Positions 19,029 through 29,202 of a stretch of 64,000 nt of DNA are shown piece after piece. The first letter of the stretch is position 1; the number at the start of each line of letters is the position of its first letter. Origin of the DNA: Promethearchaeati archaeon SRVP18_Atabeyarchaeia-1 (GTDB lineage Archaea; Asgardarchaeota; Atabeyarchaeia; Atabeyarchaeales; Atabeyarchaeaceae); the NCBI GenBank assembly GCA_037308085.1, contig CP147779.1, positions 2,400,001 through 2,464,000 on the forward strand. The letters are read 5' to 3'. The position numbers were made by a program, and so were the translations under genes. The notes below the pieces were generated by a model, which was not told the DNA's origin, searched no databases, and saw nothing but the letters and a program-made list of their open reading frames with translations.

Positions 19029-20167
19029 ACAAGACTTCTGAAAAGCAGCCTGTAGAGTCTGTGCTCCAGTAGCGTGAACTTGTTCCGCCTTCCAAACACA
19101 CGGAAGTAGTTGTTGCCAGCAGATTCTATCATGTCTCCGATGTCGTAGCGCGGATACATGCATGAGGATACTATCAGGCTACCCCATTCACCACGCTTGA
19201 GTTCATGCAACATTCTGGTACCCTTTCCGGTTCTGACCTCGAACAAATACTTATCATAGTTCGGTGTGACGTACGGGAGGTCATCCAGCTGCTGCGCGAA
19301 AACGCCCTCCGTTGCAGTGTACATCTCCACCGCGGGAACTTGCCCGAAATATCTTCTCAGTTTTGGCGCATACTTGAATTGTATCTTTCTGACGCTCGTA
19401 CAGAACAACGCATGGACATTCCATAGCTGTTTGGGCATTTTCCCGTGTCTTTCTCTAACGTACCTGGCGAAGGATAGGATGACGGGAGTCACACCCATCG
19501 TGGCTGTGATGTTTTCGCCGAGCGCTTGCTTGTATGCTAACTCGAATCTTCTTTCCCAGTCTTTCTTGCCGATTCCCGGGCCAAGTGCATCGATATCTTC
19601 TTGCCGCGGAATTAGGCTGACCTCTCCGAGGACCGGATTGATCCTCGCGTACGTGCCCGAACTGTAGCCATATGTTTGGCTCCCGCCTTCCCCGTCGAGG
19701 GTGTGGACTGCTGAGGGGAAGTTTAGGTTCAGAATCCGCCCGTCCATTATTGCGGTGTCGCTCTTCTTTAGCATATAGTTGACGAGCGCTCTCGCGCCGC
19801 AATCAAGAATCTGCTCGAGGTGTTTTCGAGTCACCGGTAATACTTTCGCAGCTCCGGTTGAGCCCCTTGTCATAACCCAGCTGGCTGGTGGCTCAGGGAG
19901 TATTGCCTTGTAGTTTCCTTTTCTTACTTCGGCGATGTATGGGCTGAGTGCTCTGTAATTGATGACTGGAAAGTTCCTTCTGAAGTCCTCGAAGGTTCTG
20001 ACCTTGGTGGCGTGGTGGCTCTTCCCGTAGTAAGTCTGTTCATATTCTTTAGTTAGCTCAAGAAGGGTTCCCATCTGCGATTTGGCGGGATCTCTCAAAG
20101 ACTCGTACCATGAGCCCACCAAAGACTCGAAGATGCTTTTGTTACCATCTCTTTGCATGCTTAACAC
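19025..20167 (-). CDS. GH3 family protein (short form)
   Basis: TRGSTG..K..P, EMYTATEG and YDIGD; lacks the C-terminal domain. Confidence 0.8.
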   Translation of the reverse strand: MLSMQRDGNKSIFESLVGSWYESLRDPAKSQMGTLLELTKEYEQTYYGKSHHATKVRTFEDFRRNFPVINYRALSPYIAEVRKGNYKAILPEPPASWVMTRGSTGAAKVLPVTRKHLEQILDCGARALVNYMLKKSDTAIMDGRILNLNFPSAVHTLDGEGGSQTYGYSSGTYARINPVLGEVSLIPRQEDIDALGPGIGKKDWERRFELAYKQALGENITATMGVTPVILSFARYVRERHGKMPKQLWNVHALFCTSVRKIQFKYAPKLRRYFGQVPAVEMYTATEGVFAQQLDDLPYVTPNYDKYLFEVRTGKGTRMLHELKRGEWGSLIVSSCMYPRYDIGDMIESAGNNYFRVFGRRNKFTLLEHRLYRLLFRSLV

Positions 20168-20263
20168 GCAGATGGGCTGCTCTAGTTGTCTTATCCGCGT
20201 CGTATATCTTTTCGATCGTCGATCGTGCAGGGGTGAGAGGTATTGTAGCCACGCTGTCTTTGT

Positions 20264-21712
20264 TCAGATTGGGAAGTCCTTTCTTATGCCTGACAAATAC
20301 TTTGCGATTTCCTTTCTCTGCTTTATGTCGTATTGCTTTAGTATCGCGATTTCTTCCATTACTGGGCTGCCTCCGCCGTGTACGCCGGCTATTTGCATCA
20401 CTCCGGCTAGTCCAGAGCATATGGCGTCGCCTATCGCTCTGTAGCAGCGGTGTATGTTTTCAGCAGGCACATCAGGTTTCCTCATGATGTACTTGTTAAG
20501 TAGCGGTCCCACCTTTGGGTGGTAGAAGTCTTCCTCGTATGGCAGAGTCGCGGCAAGCCCTCCGGCAATATCTGCAAGAATTTCAGCCTCATGGTACGTG
20601 TTCATCCCCGCGTGGCGCCTCCCTACGTTGCAGTAGATGGTGTTGGGAATATACGTTCCTGAAGCATCCTTGGTTGACGTATGTGCAGCGGCAATGCCAC
20701 TAGCGAAGACAAGCTCGGTCGTGCTTATGAGATCAGCTAGCTTTGCCTGAACATGTTTTGCATCTTCAACGCCATTATACTCAGCTACTAGCGCGGTGTA
20801 TCCCATAGTTATATCGCCGATCGCCGGCTTACAACCCGTGTAGCTATGCCTGTGGAACAACGCGAAGAGCAGAGCCAAGATTCCAGCTGCCTCAGTCTCA
20901 CCATTAAGGAATACCCTGTCGTTTGGTATGAAGGCGTCATCGAATATTGTCAATGACTCCACGTCGCCCAAGTGTGCTATGGGAGCGTCCAGCTTCTTTC
21001 TCTCTCTTGGGTTGGTTACCCGGCACACAAGGTGGACATTGTCCCAGTCGGCTGGAATGGCGAAAGCCACTGCCCAGTCTTTTTCTTCTGGCGTCAGAAA
21101 CCTCGTGGGGGTGACGATTATTTCCTCGGCATATCCTGCAATGGTATTATGAGCCTTAGCACCCCTGACTACTATTCCGTCTCTTCGCCTCTCAACGACT
21201 CGCAGGTATAGATCTGGGTCTTTCTGTTCGTGTGGTCTCTTGCTTCTGTCACCCTTAACGTCCGTTTGAGCGCAATTTGCGGCTATATCGTTCTTCTGGA
21301 AGTAATCCAGGTACTTCAGGTAGCGCTTGTTGTAGTCCGTACCGAACTTCTTGTCAACGCCATACGTGACTACTGAGAGGGCATTCATAGCATCAATGCC
21401 CATGCATCTCTGAATACATCCTCCAACCATCCGGCAGAGAGTTCTCGTCATCTCTTGTTTCTTCAGAAGATCATCAACGCTGTGATGTATGTTGCAGAAC
21501 CGGTTGATCTTCTCGCCCGTCAGGTGGGAGGTGGCGGTTAACAGTTTCTCGTATTTCGGATTTGTTGCCAAGTCATACGTGTGCGATATGACGTTTATCC
21601 CAGGCAGAAGCCTCGGATCGTCGCGCCCTATCTCTTCCCCGCCGACATACACGTTCGGCTTCATCGACTTGAGTGTCTGGTAATACTCTTTTGAAGTCTT
21701 CATAAGCTTCAC
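20264..21712 (-). CDS. 4-hydroxybutyryl-CoA dehydratase (HpaB/AbfD family)
   Basis: CIQRC and HRHSYTGCK 4Fe-4S ligands; TDVKGDRS, GAKAH and HGGGS. Confidence 0.8.
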   Translation of the reverse strand: MKLMKTSKEYYQTLKSMKPNVYVGGEEIGRDDPRLLPGINVISHTYDLATNPKYEKLLTATSHLTGEKINRFCNIHHSVDDLLKKQEMTRTLCRMVGGCIQRCMGIDAMNALSVVTYGVDKKFGTDYNKRYLKYLDYFQKNDIAANCAQTDVKGDRSKRPHEQKDPDLYLRVVERRRDGIVVRGAKAHNTIAGYAEEIIVTPTRFLTPEEKDWAVAFAIPADWDNVHLVCRVTNPRERKKLDAPIAHLGDVESLTIFDDAFIPNDRVFLNGETEAAGILALLFALFHRHSYTGCKPAIGDITMGYTALVAEYNGVEDAKHVQAKLADLISTTELVFASGIAAAHTSTKDASGTYIPNTIYCNVGRRHAGMNTYHEAEILADIAGGLAATLPYEEDFYHPKVGPLLNKYIMRKPDVPAENIHRCYRAIGDAICSGLAGVMQIAGVHGGGSPVMEEIAILKQYDIKQRKEIAKYLSGIRKDFPI

Positions 21713-22575
21713 TCCTAAGAATCGAGTTCAGTATCATTGAGATAGTTGTTGCTGCATAAATATAAGGAGTATTATGAATGCAAGGTATCAAACCCAAGCC
21801 CGGTTTAGATCTAGTCTTCCAGAAATCGAATCATGTGGAAGGAGTTTCGACGATATATCGATAAATACATCTTCAATCCATACCTCTAGCGCCAGAGGAT
21901 CGGTGTGTTCTATGAAGGTGGAGAATGTCAAGAAGATTGCCGTACTTGGCTCGGGGATCATGGGATCCGGGATAGCTGAAGTAGCTGCTAAGGCGGGATA
22001 CGGTGTCGCAATAACCGACACCTCAGACGAGCTAGTCAAGCACGGAATTGACGGCATCAAGGCGAGCCTCAACAGGATTGTCAATAAAGGAAAGATAACC
22101 AAAGCCGATGCTGATGCTGCACTTTCCAGGATAAAGGGCACGACCGACATGCGTAAAGCAACAGAAGATGCGCAAGTTGTGATTGAGGCGGTCACCGAGG
22201 ACATCGACTTGAAGAAAAGGCTTTTCAAGGAGCTTGACGAAACCTGCCCGAAGGAGACCGTCCTGACCTCGAATACCTCCGCTTTGATGATCACTGACCT
22301 TGCATCCGCTACCACAAGGCAGGACAGATTTATCGGGATGCACTTCTTCAGCCCAGCACAGATTATGAAGCTTGTCGAGATAATTAGGGGTGCGGAGACA
22401 TCCGATGAGACTTTTCAGCTCATAAGGGATCTCTCACTCAAATTCAATAAGGTGCCAATCGCCGTGAGCGATTCGCCGGGGTTCTTCACAACGAGATACA
22501 TTACGGCCTGCGCTGCTGAGGCAATCAGGCTATTCGAAACCAGAATCGCCGGCATAAAAGATATTGACACAATGT

Positions 22576-23717
22576 CTGACATACTCCCACAGCTAAAGCT
22601 TGTGGGGTTCTGAGGCCGTTGTCGTCCGCAACGTTGCCTCTTGGGGCGTGCCAGTGCTGCCCTCCAGCGCATCCCTGTCTACGCTGGATCGAGAGACGCA
22701 CTCATGGCGCAACGCTATGTTGAACGACGCGTTGACGTCGGCGTTCTCAACGTGTCCACACGACGGACACTTGAAGTGCTTGCCGCTCCTGGTGCCCATG
22801 TGACCGCACCTTGAACATGCCCTGGATGTGTAGGCTGGTTCAACATAGGCGACGGGTACTCCTTGCAGCCTGGCCTTGTACCCCACAAACCCCTGCAGTT
22901 GGTGGAATGACCAGCTGTTCAAAGAATACCTGAACGACTTTGCCTGCCTTCGGCTTCCGCGGATGCCTTCCAGACGTTCGAGCTTAATGCCTCTGCCAAG
23001 CGATGCAGCAAGACCAACTATCTTCCTGCTAACCTTGTGGTCGAGGTCCCTGATGATCCGGCTCTCTCTATTCTTGATCCGCTTGAGCGTCCTGTACCGT
23101 CCCTGTTTCTGAAGCTTGCGGCGGATGCACTTGTACTTCTTGTGGACGTGTTCTGCCTGCTTTCCGAGCTTCCACACTTTGCCAGTCTCTGGGTCAGATG
23201 CCACAGCAATGTGACCGGTGGTGTTGAGGTCGACGCCAACATACCCCCTCGGCTCGAAGCGCTCCTTCTCTCGGACGGAGACGCATATGTAGGCGTACTC
23301 GTTGCCTATCTCTATCTGGTTGACCGTCTCAAAGTCCGGGAAATGCTCGCACGCCAAGGCGAGTCTCAGGCATGGAATGGTTATGGTGCGCTTCTCCTTG
23401 TCCGTCTTGATGCCTTGCCCTGGCACAGTGAGCTTAATGTTCCGGACCTTCCTGATCTTCTCGTTTCTGCCGTATTTCCTTAGTATCTGGTTTGCTATGC
23501 TGGTCTTGAGGCCTATGTGCTTGACGTCTTTTGAGGAGAAGGTTCGGTGTCTGACCCCGAAGTCTGCTACCTGCCTCGCTTTCCTCAGTTCCTCGCAGAA
23601 GTCTCTGCCATGCTTGACCTTGAGGGTTAAAAGCATGTTACTATCTAAGGCTTGGCCATATTTATATTCGCCATTCATCCCACCCCTAAAGGGCGTGGGC
23701 TTTCTGGCTGATCTTTT
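22576..23717 (-). mobile_element. IS200/IS605-family (IS1341-type, tnpB-only) insertion sequence
   Basis: Target TTAC with left-end guide AAAG plus hairpin; right-end guide GAAC plus hairpin ending TCAG. No target duplication. Confidence 0.92.
22593..23636 (-). CDS. tnpB: RNA-guided endonuclease TnpB (347 aa)
   Basis: RuvC-I GVDLN, RuvC-II LERL, zinc finger CSRCG/CPSCG and RuvC-III NADVNASFNI. Confidence 0.92.
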   Translation of the reverse strand: MLLTLKVKHGRDFCEELRKARQVADFGVRHRTFSSKDVKHIGLKTSIANQILRKYGRNEKIRKVRNIKLTVPGQGIKTDKEKRTITIPCLRLALACEHFPDFETVNQIEIGNEYAYICVSVREKERFEPRGYVGVDLNTTGHIAVASDPETGKVWKLGKQAEHVHKKYKCIRRKLQKQGRYRTLKRIKNRESRIIRDLDHKVSRKIVGLAASLGRGIKLERLEGIRGSRRQAKSFRYSLNSWSFHQLQGFVGYKARLQGVPVAYVEPAYTSRACSRCGHMGTRSGKHFKCPSCGHVENADVNASFNIALRHECVSRSSVDRDALEGSTGTPQEATLRTTTASEPHKL

Positions 23718-23992
23718 GTAAGCTTGCCTTCAACTTTCCAGCTGGACCTATAGAGCTGGCAGATTTCGTGGGGTTGGACACCTTGCTTCATGTTCTTGAA
23801 TACCTGCACAAAGAGACTGGAGACCCTCACTATGCGCCCCCGCTGATAGTTAAGAAGCTCGTGAAGTCTGGCTTCAAGGGATTCAAACCTGGATCAAGAG
23901 GAGGATTTTACGAATACTTCAAGATCAAGAGGGAGCCGATGCTAAAGTGACGGAAAGCTATTCCAGTTACCTTTTCCTCTTGGCGCCTGGGC

Positions 23993-25150
23993 TTACTTCC
24001 CTTTGATATAACTGAGAACGCTTTTGAGTACCTCTAGCGACTCCTTGTTCTTAGCCGGTTCCACCATGCCAGTCATGTTCCAGAAGACGATATGCTGCAG
24101 ACCTACCTTGGCCAGCTTCTCAACTTTTCCGATCAGTTCATCTCTGTTCCCATGAACTAGGCAACACTCAACAACATTATCAGTTACTTTGTTCATCGCA
24201 TCTAGAACCTGGGCTCTTGTATACCTAGTTGGAATGAATTGCGTCAACACATTGAATTTCTCGCCTGGCTTCGAGAATGGGTGCTTGACCTTTGCAGCTT
24301 CGAATGCCCCTTCTTCAGATGTCGCAAGTGTCCAAGCCTTAGCCAGGGGTTTCTTGAATAGTTGGTGACACTCATCATGAGTCTTGGCTGCGAGCGTCAT
24401 GACGTACAGACCTGGAGTTACGGAATCTGGGTTTCGACCCGCCTTCTTCGCCGACTCGCGAATAACATTCAGGTTCTGCCTGTACACTTCGTCAGCGTTG
24501 GGCACGTTGACTCCAACTGGAAGCCAACCGTCAGCCAGCTCGCCAGTTATTCTCAGCATTCTTGGACCCATGGCCCCGAGCCAAATTGGCGGGTATTTAC
24601 CTTTCCTGTACGGCTCGAGTGTTAGAACCGCGTCTTTAAGGGAAGTGAATCTTCCTTTGAAATCCTTCTTCTTGACTTGGTTAGACCATAGTAACCGTAT
24701 TATCTTGAGGTTCTCCTCAAGCTTTGTGACAGGGCAGCTGAAGTCAAGCCCGTATGGTTCGATGTTTTCGATTTCCCCTGCGCCGAGTCCGAGGATCAGC
24801 CTTCCTCCACTGATGTGATCGAGTGTCAGAGCCGTTTGAGCCATGACGGGAGCTGGTCTCCTTATAGTCTCCGTGACGCTTGTTCCAAGCATTATCCTCT
24901 TTGTGGCAGTGGCATGGGCAGCGATAAGAACTAGGGGGTCAGGAAAAGTGTGGGGCGAGCTTTGGAACATTGACAAGGGAGTTATGTCAGGAGTCCAAAT
25001 CGTTTCAGAGAGCCAGCCCATCAGATGGTCAGGGTACCACATGGAGTCATAGCCTGTTTCCTCAATCCTCCTGGCGGTTTCCATAGACTTATCGAATGGA
25101 AAGATAAACGGACCAAGTGTCCCCACCTTGACTTCATGGATGTCAACCAT
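23993..25150 (-). CDS. LLM-class (likely F420-dependent) oxidoreductase
   Basis: WYPDH, TLDHISGGRLILGLGAGE and PPIWLGAMGPRML...ADGW. Confidence 0.85.
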   Translation of the reverse strand: MVDIHEVKVGTLGPFIFPFDKSMETARRIEETGYDSMWYPDHLMGWLSETIWTPDITPLSMFQSSPHTFPDPLVLIAAHATATKRIMLGTSVTETIRRPAPVMAQTALTLDHISGGRLILGLGAGEIENIEPYGLDFSCPVTKLEENLKIIRLLWSNQVKKKDFKGRFTSLKDAVLTLEPYRKGKYPPIWLGAMGPRMLRITGELADGWLPVGVNVPNADEVYRQNLNVIRESAKKAGRNPDSVTPGLYVMTLAAKTHDECHQLFKKPLAKAWTLATSEEGAFEAAKVKHPFSKPGEKFNVLTQFIPTRYTRAQVLDAMNKVTDNVVECCLVHGNRDELIGKVEKLAKVGLQHIVFWNMTGMVEPAKNKESLEVLKSVLSYIKGK

Positions 25151-25316
25151 GCTCTTCTTCACCACTTGCACAACAATCCAGCTGATATGCCGGGGCAATA
25201 GATATGAGTTCTTCCTCTGATAGGTTCTCCTACTTAAGACTACTTGCAATTGTGAAAAGTTGGGAGAAAGATGGTGGTATAGGGACAGACATAGAAATAT
25301 GGGGAGGAGGGCTCCT

Positions 25317-26249
25317 TCAAGGATTCTCCTCTGTGGGAGCAGCGGTCGGGGAAACTGTGAGTTCCACCAACTTCTCTCCTCTGAGAACGACGAACTTCGA
25401 CTTCTTGCCGATCATGTCTTCGGATAGTAGCTGCGTTAGATCGGGGATATCTCTGATTGGCTTGTCGGTCGCGCGCACAATGATGTCGCCGAAGGCTATG
25501 CCTGCTTTCTTGGCTGGACTGCCGGGCTCGATCTGTAAGACCATTAATCCTCTATCTTGGTCGATCTTCGTTTCTTTTGTTACCTCACTTGGGATTGGAA
25601 TTGGGTTCATCAAGATGCCTAAGAATGCTCGCTTGACCTCTCCGCCTTTCATTAGTCTCTCGACAACGTTCTTTATGGTGTTGATTGGAATAGCTATGCC
25701 TCGACCCCAAGCGAAAGCGGTGTTCATCCCAACCATTCTTCCTGAGGCGTCTATCAGAGGACCGCCTGAGTAACCGGGGTTCAGTCTAGCGTCTGTGACG
25801 ATTGCGTTCTCCATGCTCATTCCGCGCATTCCTCTGAGCGGGCTCCTGACGCTGGTGACAATTCCCGAAGTTGCGGCGGGTTGTCTGTTGAAAGCATTCG
25901 CTAGAGCGAGCACGAATTCCCCTACCTTGATCTCATCGGAGTCTCCAAGCTCAACTGAGGTAAACTCGTTGCCGTCAATCTTCAGAAGCGCCACGTCAGT
26001 GTAGGGGTCACGACCGACGACTTTGGCGTCAATTTGGCCGCCGTCTCCAAGACCTACCTTGACGCTGTGAGCTCTGTGCATAACGTGGTTGGCCGTCACA
26101 ATGTAGCCATCGGAGCTCCACACTACGCCTGTTCCTCCGCCCATGCCAGACTGGACGCTAACCACAGATGGTGATACCTTACTAATCACATCTACGGTTG
26201 CATCGGACAGGGATCTTAGTATCTCTATTGATGAAATTGCATTACTCAT
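25317..26249 (-). CDS. HtrA-like trypsin serine protease with PDZ domain
   Basis: TANHV, DVALLK, NPGYSGGPL and PDZ SPAKKAGI..GD. Confidence 0.9.
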   Translation of the reverse strand: MSNAISSIEILRSLSDATVDVISKVSPSVVSVQSGMGGGTGVVWSSDGYIVTANHVMHRAHSVKVGLGDGGQIDAKVVGRDPYTDVALLKIDGNEFTSVELGDSDEIKVGEFVLALANAFNRQPAATSGIVTSVRSPLRGMRGMSMENAIVTDARLNPGYSGGPLIDASGRMVGMNTAFAWGRGIAIPINTIKNVVERLMKGGEVKRAFLGILMNPIPIPSEVTKETKIDQDRGLMVLQIEPGSPAKKAGIAFGDIIVRATDKPIRDIPDLTQLLSEDMIGKKSKFVVLRGEKLVELTVSPTAAPTEENP

Positions 26250-26317
26250 TTACTATTCACCTCGATAATAATAGATCTACACAGATCTATTTGTTGACTG
26301 GGAAAAGCGGAAGTCAG

Positions 26318-27049
26318 TCACATCCAGAGTACTCGTGGACTCAGGCTAGAGTAGTAAAAGTAGCCGACATGTTGGATCCGATCGGGCCTCGAGTAGATCT
26401 TGGTTATATGCTCAATAAGCTGATAAGAGGCTCTCAGCGCGATGTTCAAGTTCTTCTCAGACAGCATCTTCGCTTCGACGTTCAGTGCGCCTTCCGAAAA
26501 GCTCGCGTCAACTTGGATTCCGCCATCTTCAGTGACCCACTTCAGGGTTATGCTCCCTGCCAGCCTAGCATACCCAAGCCAACGGAGCGTACCAAACCAC
26601 TTTCCAGCAAGATCCGAAACAACATCCTTCACCGGCACATCAGGCGGAAGAAGCGTCTGAAGAACTAGCACACCCGGCTCACCTGTTTTCAGTTGTTGTG
26701 TTCCGAGCATTTGCCTCCCTTTTCGCGTAACCTTGTAGCCATTCGGCGTTTTTTCGATCATGCCCTGATCTTCAAATCGATAGAGAACCCGAGATAATGT
26801 CTCTGGATGCATGCCTAGCCTCCGCTTCAAACCATCGAAAGAGAACCTGATCAGAGCTTCATCTACAATCAAGCTCAGCACGTTGTTATCCCACTCACTC
26901 AGCGAAGGATCAGGGGCAGTTGAAATCTCTGGAACCGTTGCTATCACCTCTTGGCAGAGACTAGATCTCCCAGTTCTCGATTGTCTAATAAAACATGCAA
27001 GACCCACAGTTAATATGATGCGTGTCTCTGTTTGCTGTATCAGAGGCAC
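26318..27049 (-). CDS. Winged-helix domain hypothetical protein
   Basis: FSFDGLKRRLGMHPETLSRVL HTH; start uncertain. Confidence 0.6.
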   Translation of the reverse strand: MPLIQQTETRIILTVGLACFIRQSRTGRSSLCQEVIATVPEISTAPDPSLSEWDNNVLSLIVDEALIRFSFDGLKRRLGMHPETLSRVLYRFEDQGMIEKTPNGYKVTRKGRQMLGTQQLKTGEPGVLVLQTLLPPDVPVKDVVSDLAGKWFGTLRWLGYARLAGSITLKWVTEDGGIQVDASFSEGALNVEAKMLSEKNLNIALRASYQLIEHITKIYSRPDRIQHVGYFYYSSLSPRVLWM

Positions 27050-27241
27050 GATGGTTAACCCAAAGCTTACAGAACTGCTGACACCTTGACGTCAACCAGG
27101 CTTCCCAGCAGAGGCAGCATTTTCCTCGACATCAAGAAACTGCTAATCGAATAGTAAGTCTTGTGAACACACTACTCCAGATCGTAGCGCTCGTGAGAAA
27201 AACGCTTCCTTGCTCCAATGATTTAAGAACCGGTTGGTGGT

Positions 27242-28306
27242 ATGTATGAAGAGTCTTCATGCCAGAGTGGATGGGTGATCACCGTGAAGTTTCAGTTAAT
27301 CGGCATTGGGGTGCTATTTGAAGACTTGCTTTTTGACACTAAGCTCAAGCACCGCCTCACCCAGGAGTTCGAGCACGACCGGCTTAACTTCATATGCATA
27401 GAAGCGGGGGTCAAATCCGGCGTCATGCGGTTCACGCGGGCCACCGGCGGTTCATCAGCAAACCTCGTTTGCGGCGTATCCAGGCTTGGTAATTACGGGC
27501 TGGGATACTTTACAAAGCTGGGTGTCGACGCGATTTCCAGGTGGCTGATTGAAGATTTCCAGAGTTTTGGGGTAGACATTGGCGGAATAGTAATCTCAAA
27601 AGACGAGTTCGCTGGACCCGGCGCAAGCGCCATAATAACTGATTCCTCTACGAGGGATAGGAGCATCTTAATGTACAGAGGGATAAGCGACGAAATCTAT
27701 GTCAGCGACGTAAAGGCAAAAGAGGATTACCTCAGCAACGCTGAATGGCATACGATAAGCAGCTTCTCCAACTCAGATGCGGTTGGAGCGCTGAAAGAGA
27801 TAGTAAGGATCGAGAAGGAGAACGGGATCAAGATGTTCTTCACCCCGAGCATGTCAATGATAAATCCTCTCATCGACGAAACAATTGAGATCGCAAGAAG
27901 GGCCAATATAATATCACTGAATGACACCGAAGCGAAAGTATTGGTCGCGACCAAGGACCTTCGCAGAGCCGCAGAGAAGCTGCAGGCCCTAGGTCCAGAG
28001 TTTGTGCTCATCACCCGAGGCAAGGAGGGATTGTTGGGGGCGGACAAGAATAAGTTCTACATTGCGAACCGAACATACAACACCGAAGTCCGAAACACCG
28101 TCGGGGCAGGCGATGTGTCCGGAGCTGCCCTGTGGCACTATCTCAAAAAGGGACTTGACAAAGAGACTGTTATGCAACGGATTCTTGCCGCCGGCGCAAT
28201 GAAGGTGCGCTTCGCTGGGGCGAAAATCGGTCAACCTACTGAGAAAGAAATAGACGAATTCACAAACGAGAACGAGGAAATCCCAGTTCAAGTGCAAGAA
28301 AGGTGA
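27242..28306 (+). CDS. PfkB family carbohydrate kinase
   Basis: GGSSAN, N..EA, ITRGKEG and NTVGAGD. Confidence 0.9.
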   Translation: MYEESSCQSGWVITVKFQLIGIGVLFEDLLFDTKLKHRLTQEFEHDRLNFICIEAGVKSGVMRFTRATGGSSANLVCGVSRLGNYGLGYFTKLGVDAISRWLIEDFQSFGVDIGGIVISKDEFAGPGASAIITDSSTRDRSILMYRGISDEIYVSDVKAKEDYLSNAEWHTISSFSNSDAVGALKEIVRIEKENGIKMFFTPSMSMINPLIDETIEIARRANIISLNDTEAKVLVATKDLRRAAEKLQALGPEFVLITRGKEGLLGADKNKFYIANRTYNTEVRNTVGAGDVSGAALWHYLKKGLDKETVMQRILAAGAMKVRFAGAKIGQPTEKEIDEFTNENEEIPVQVQER

Positions 28307-28357
28307 GCGCCTCAGCTAATGAGGATCAGTATTGTTCCGGCAAGATGGCGCTGCCCT

Positions 28358-29137
28358 TTAGTCGGTCACGACGAGGGCGTCCTCCAATTCACTGTTGTCG
28401 ATTACAATGGATTTAAGCATCTTAGCCATGCGCAATGGATCCTGGTCTTGCCACACGTTTCTTCCAACCGCGACGCCTGTTGCACCTGCATCCATGACTT
28501 CGCGAACCTGCTTCAGAAATTCCTTTTGCGTATCTGCTTTTGGTCCACCTGACATGAAAACCTTGACTTTGCCCGCACACTTGACTGCCCATCTGAAGGA
28601 GTCGACATCGCCTGAGTACTTGATTTTCGCGGCATCAGCGCCGATCTCAAGCCCGGCTCTAGCCGCATAGGCGACAATCTCCTTAGCGGTATCAATCTTG
28701 ACTCTTCCTCCGCGTGGATACATCCAGACCATCACTGGCAGATCCATGAGATGCGCTTCCTCAACGATCTCTCCGAGTTCTTGTAGCATGATGCTCTCAT
28801 GGGCGCTACCAAGGTAGACCGTGTATCCTACTGCCTTGGCCCCAAGGGAGACGGCTTCATCGACAGAGCAGATCTGGCGTGATACGGGTTCTCCCTCGAC
28901 GAGCTCGCTCTTTCCATTCAGCTTGACTATGAGGGGAACTCTTCCGTCGTAGTAAGCTTCAGCTATCCCTTTCTGAAAGACTATTCCATTGAAGCTGCCC
29001 TTGGAGGCGATATCCATGATAAACGCCGGGTCCACAGATCTCTCGTCGAAGTCCCGCGGACCGTGTTCAATGCCATGGTCGTATGCGAGTATCATGCTTC
29101 GCCCTTTTGTCAAGAAACTTGTGATTTCTACCTTCAA
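28358..29137 (-). CDS. Class I (DhnA-type) fructose-bisphosphate aldolase
   Basis: AYDHGIEHGP, GAD..KIKY Schiff-base Lys and GRNVWQ. Confidence 0.9.
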   Translation of the reverse strand: MKVEITSFLTKGRSMILAYDHGIEHGPRDFDERSVDPAFIMDIASKGSFNGIVFQKGIAEAYYDGRVPLIVKLNGKSELVEGEPVSRQICSVDEAVSLGAKAVGYTVYLGSAHESIMLQELGEIVEEAHLMDLPVMVWMYPRGGRVKIDTAKEIVAYAARAGLEIGADAAKIKYSGDVDSFRWAVKCAGKVKVFMSGGPKADTQKEFLKQVREVMDAGATGVAVGRNVWQDQDPLRMAKMLKSIVIDNSELEDALVVTD

Positions 29138-29202
29138 GAGTCAATGTCCTCCATGCCATGAATCACCGAAACCTGCATTTGATCTTAAATGCGATTTTCT
29201 AG

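Larger units (their letters stand above)
21912..23950 (+). pseudogene. 3-hydroxyacyl-CoA dehydrogenase interrupted by an IS (segments 21912-22575 and 23718-23950)
   Basis: GSGIMGSG, SNTS and GMHFF motifs. Joining the flanks gives in-frame ...DIDTM-C-KLAFNFPAGP...ADFVGLD, a 298-aa protein. Confidence 0.9.
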
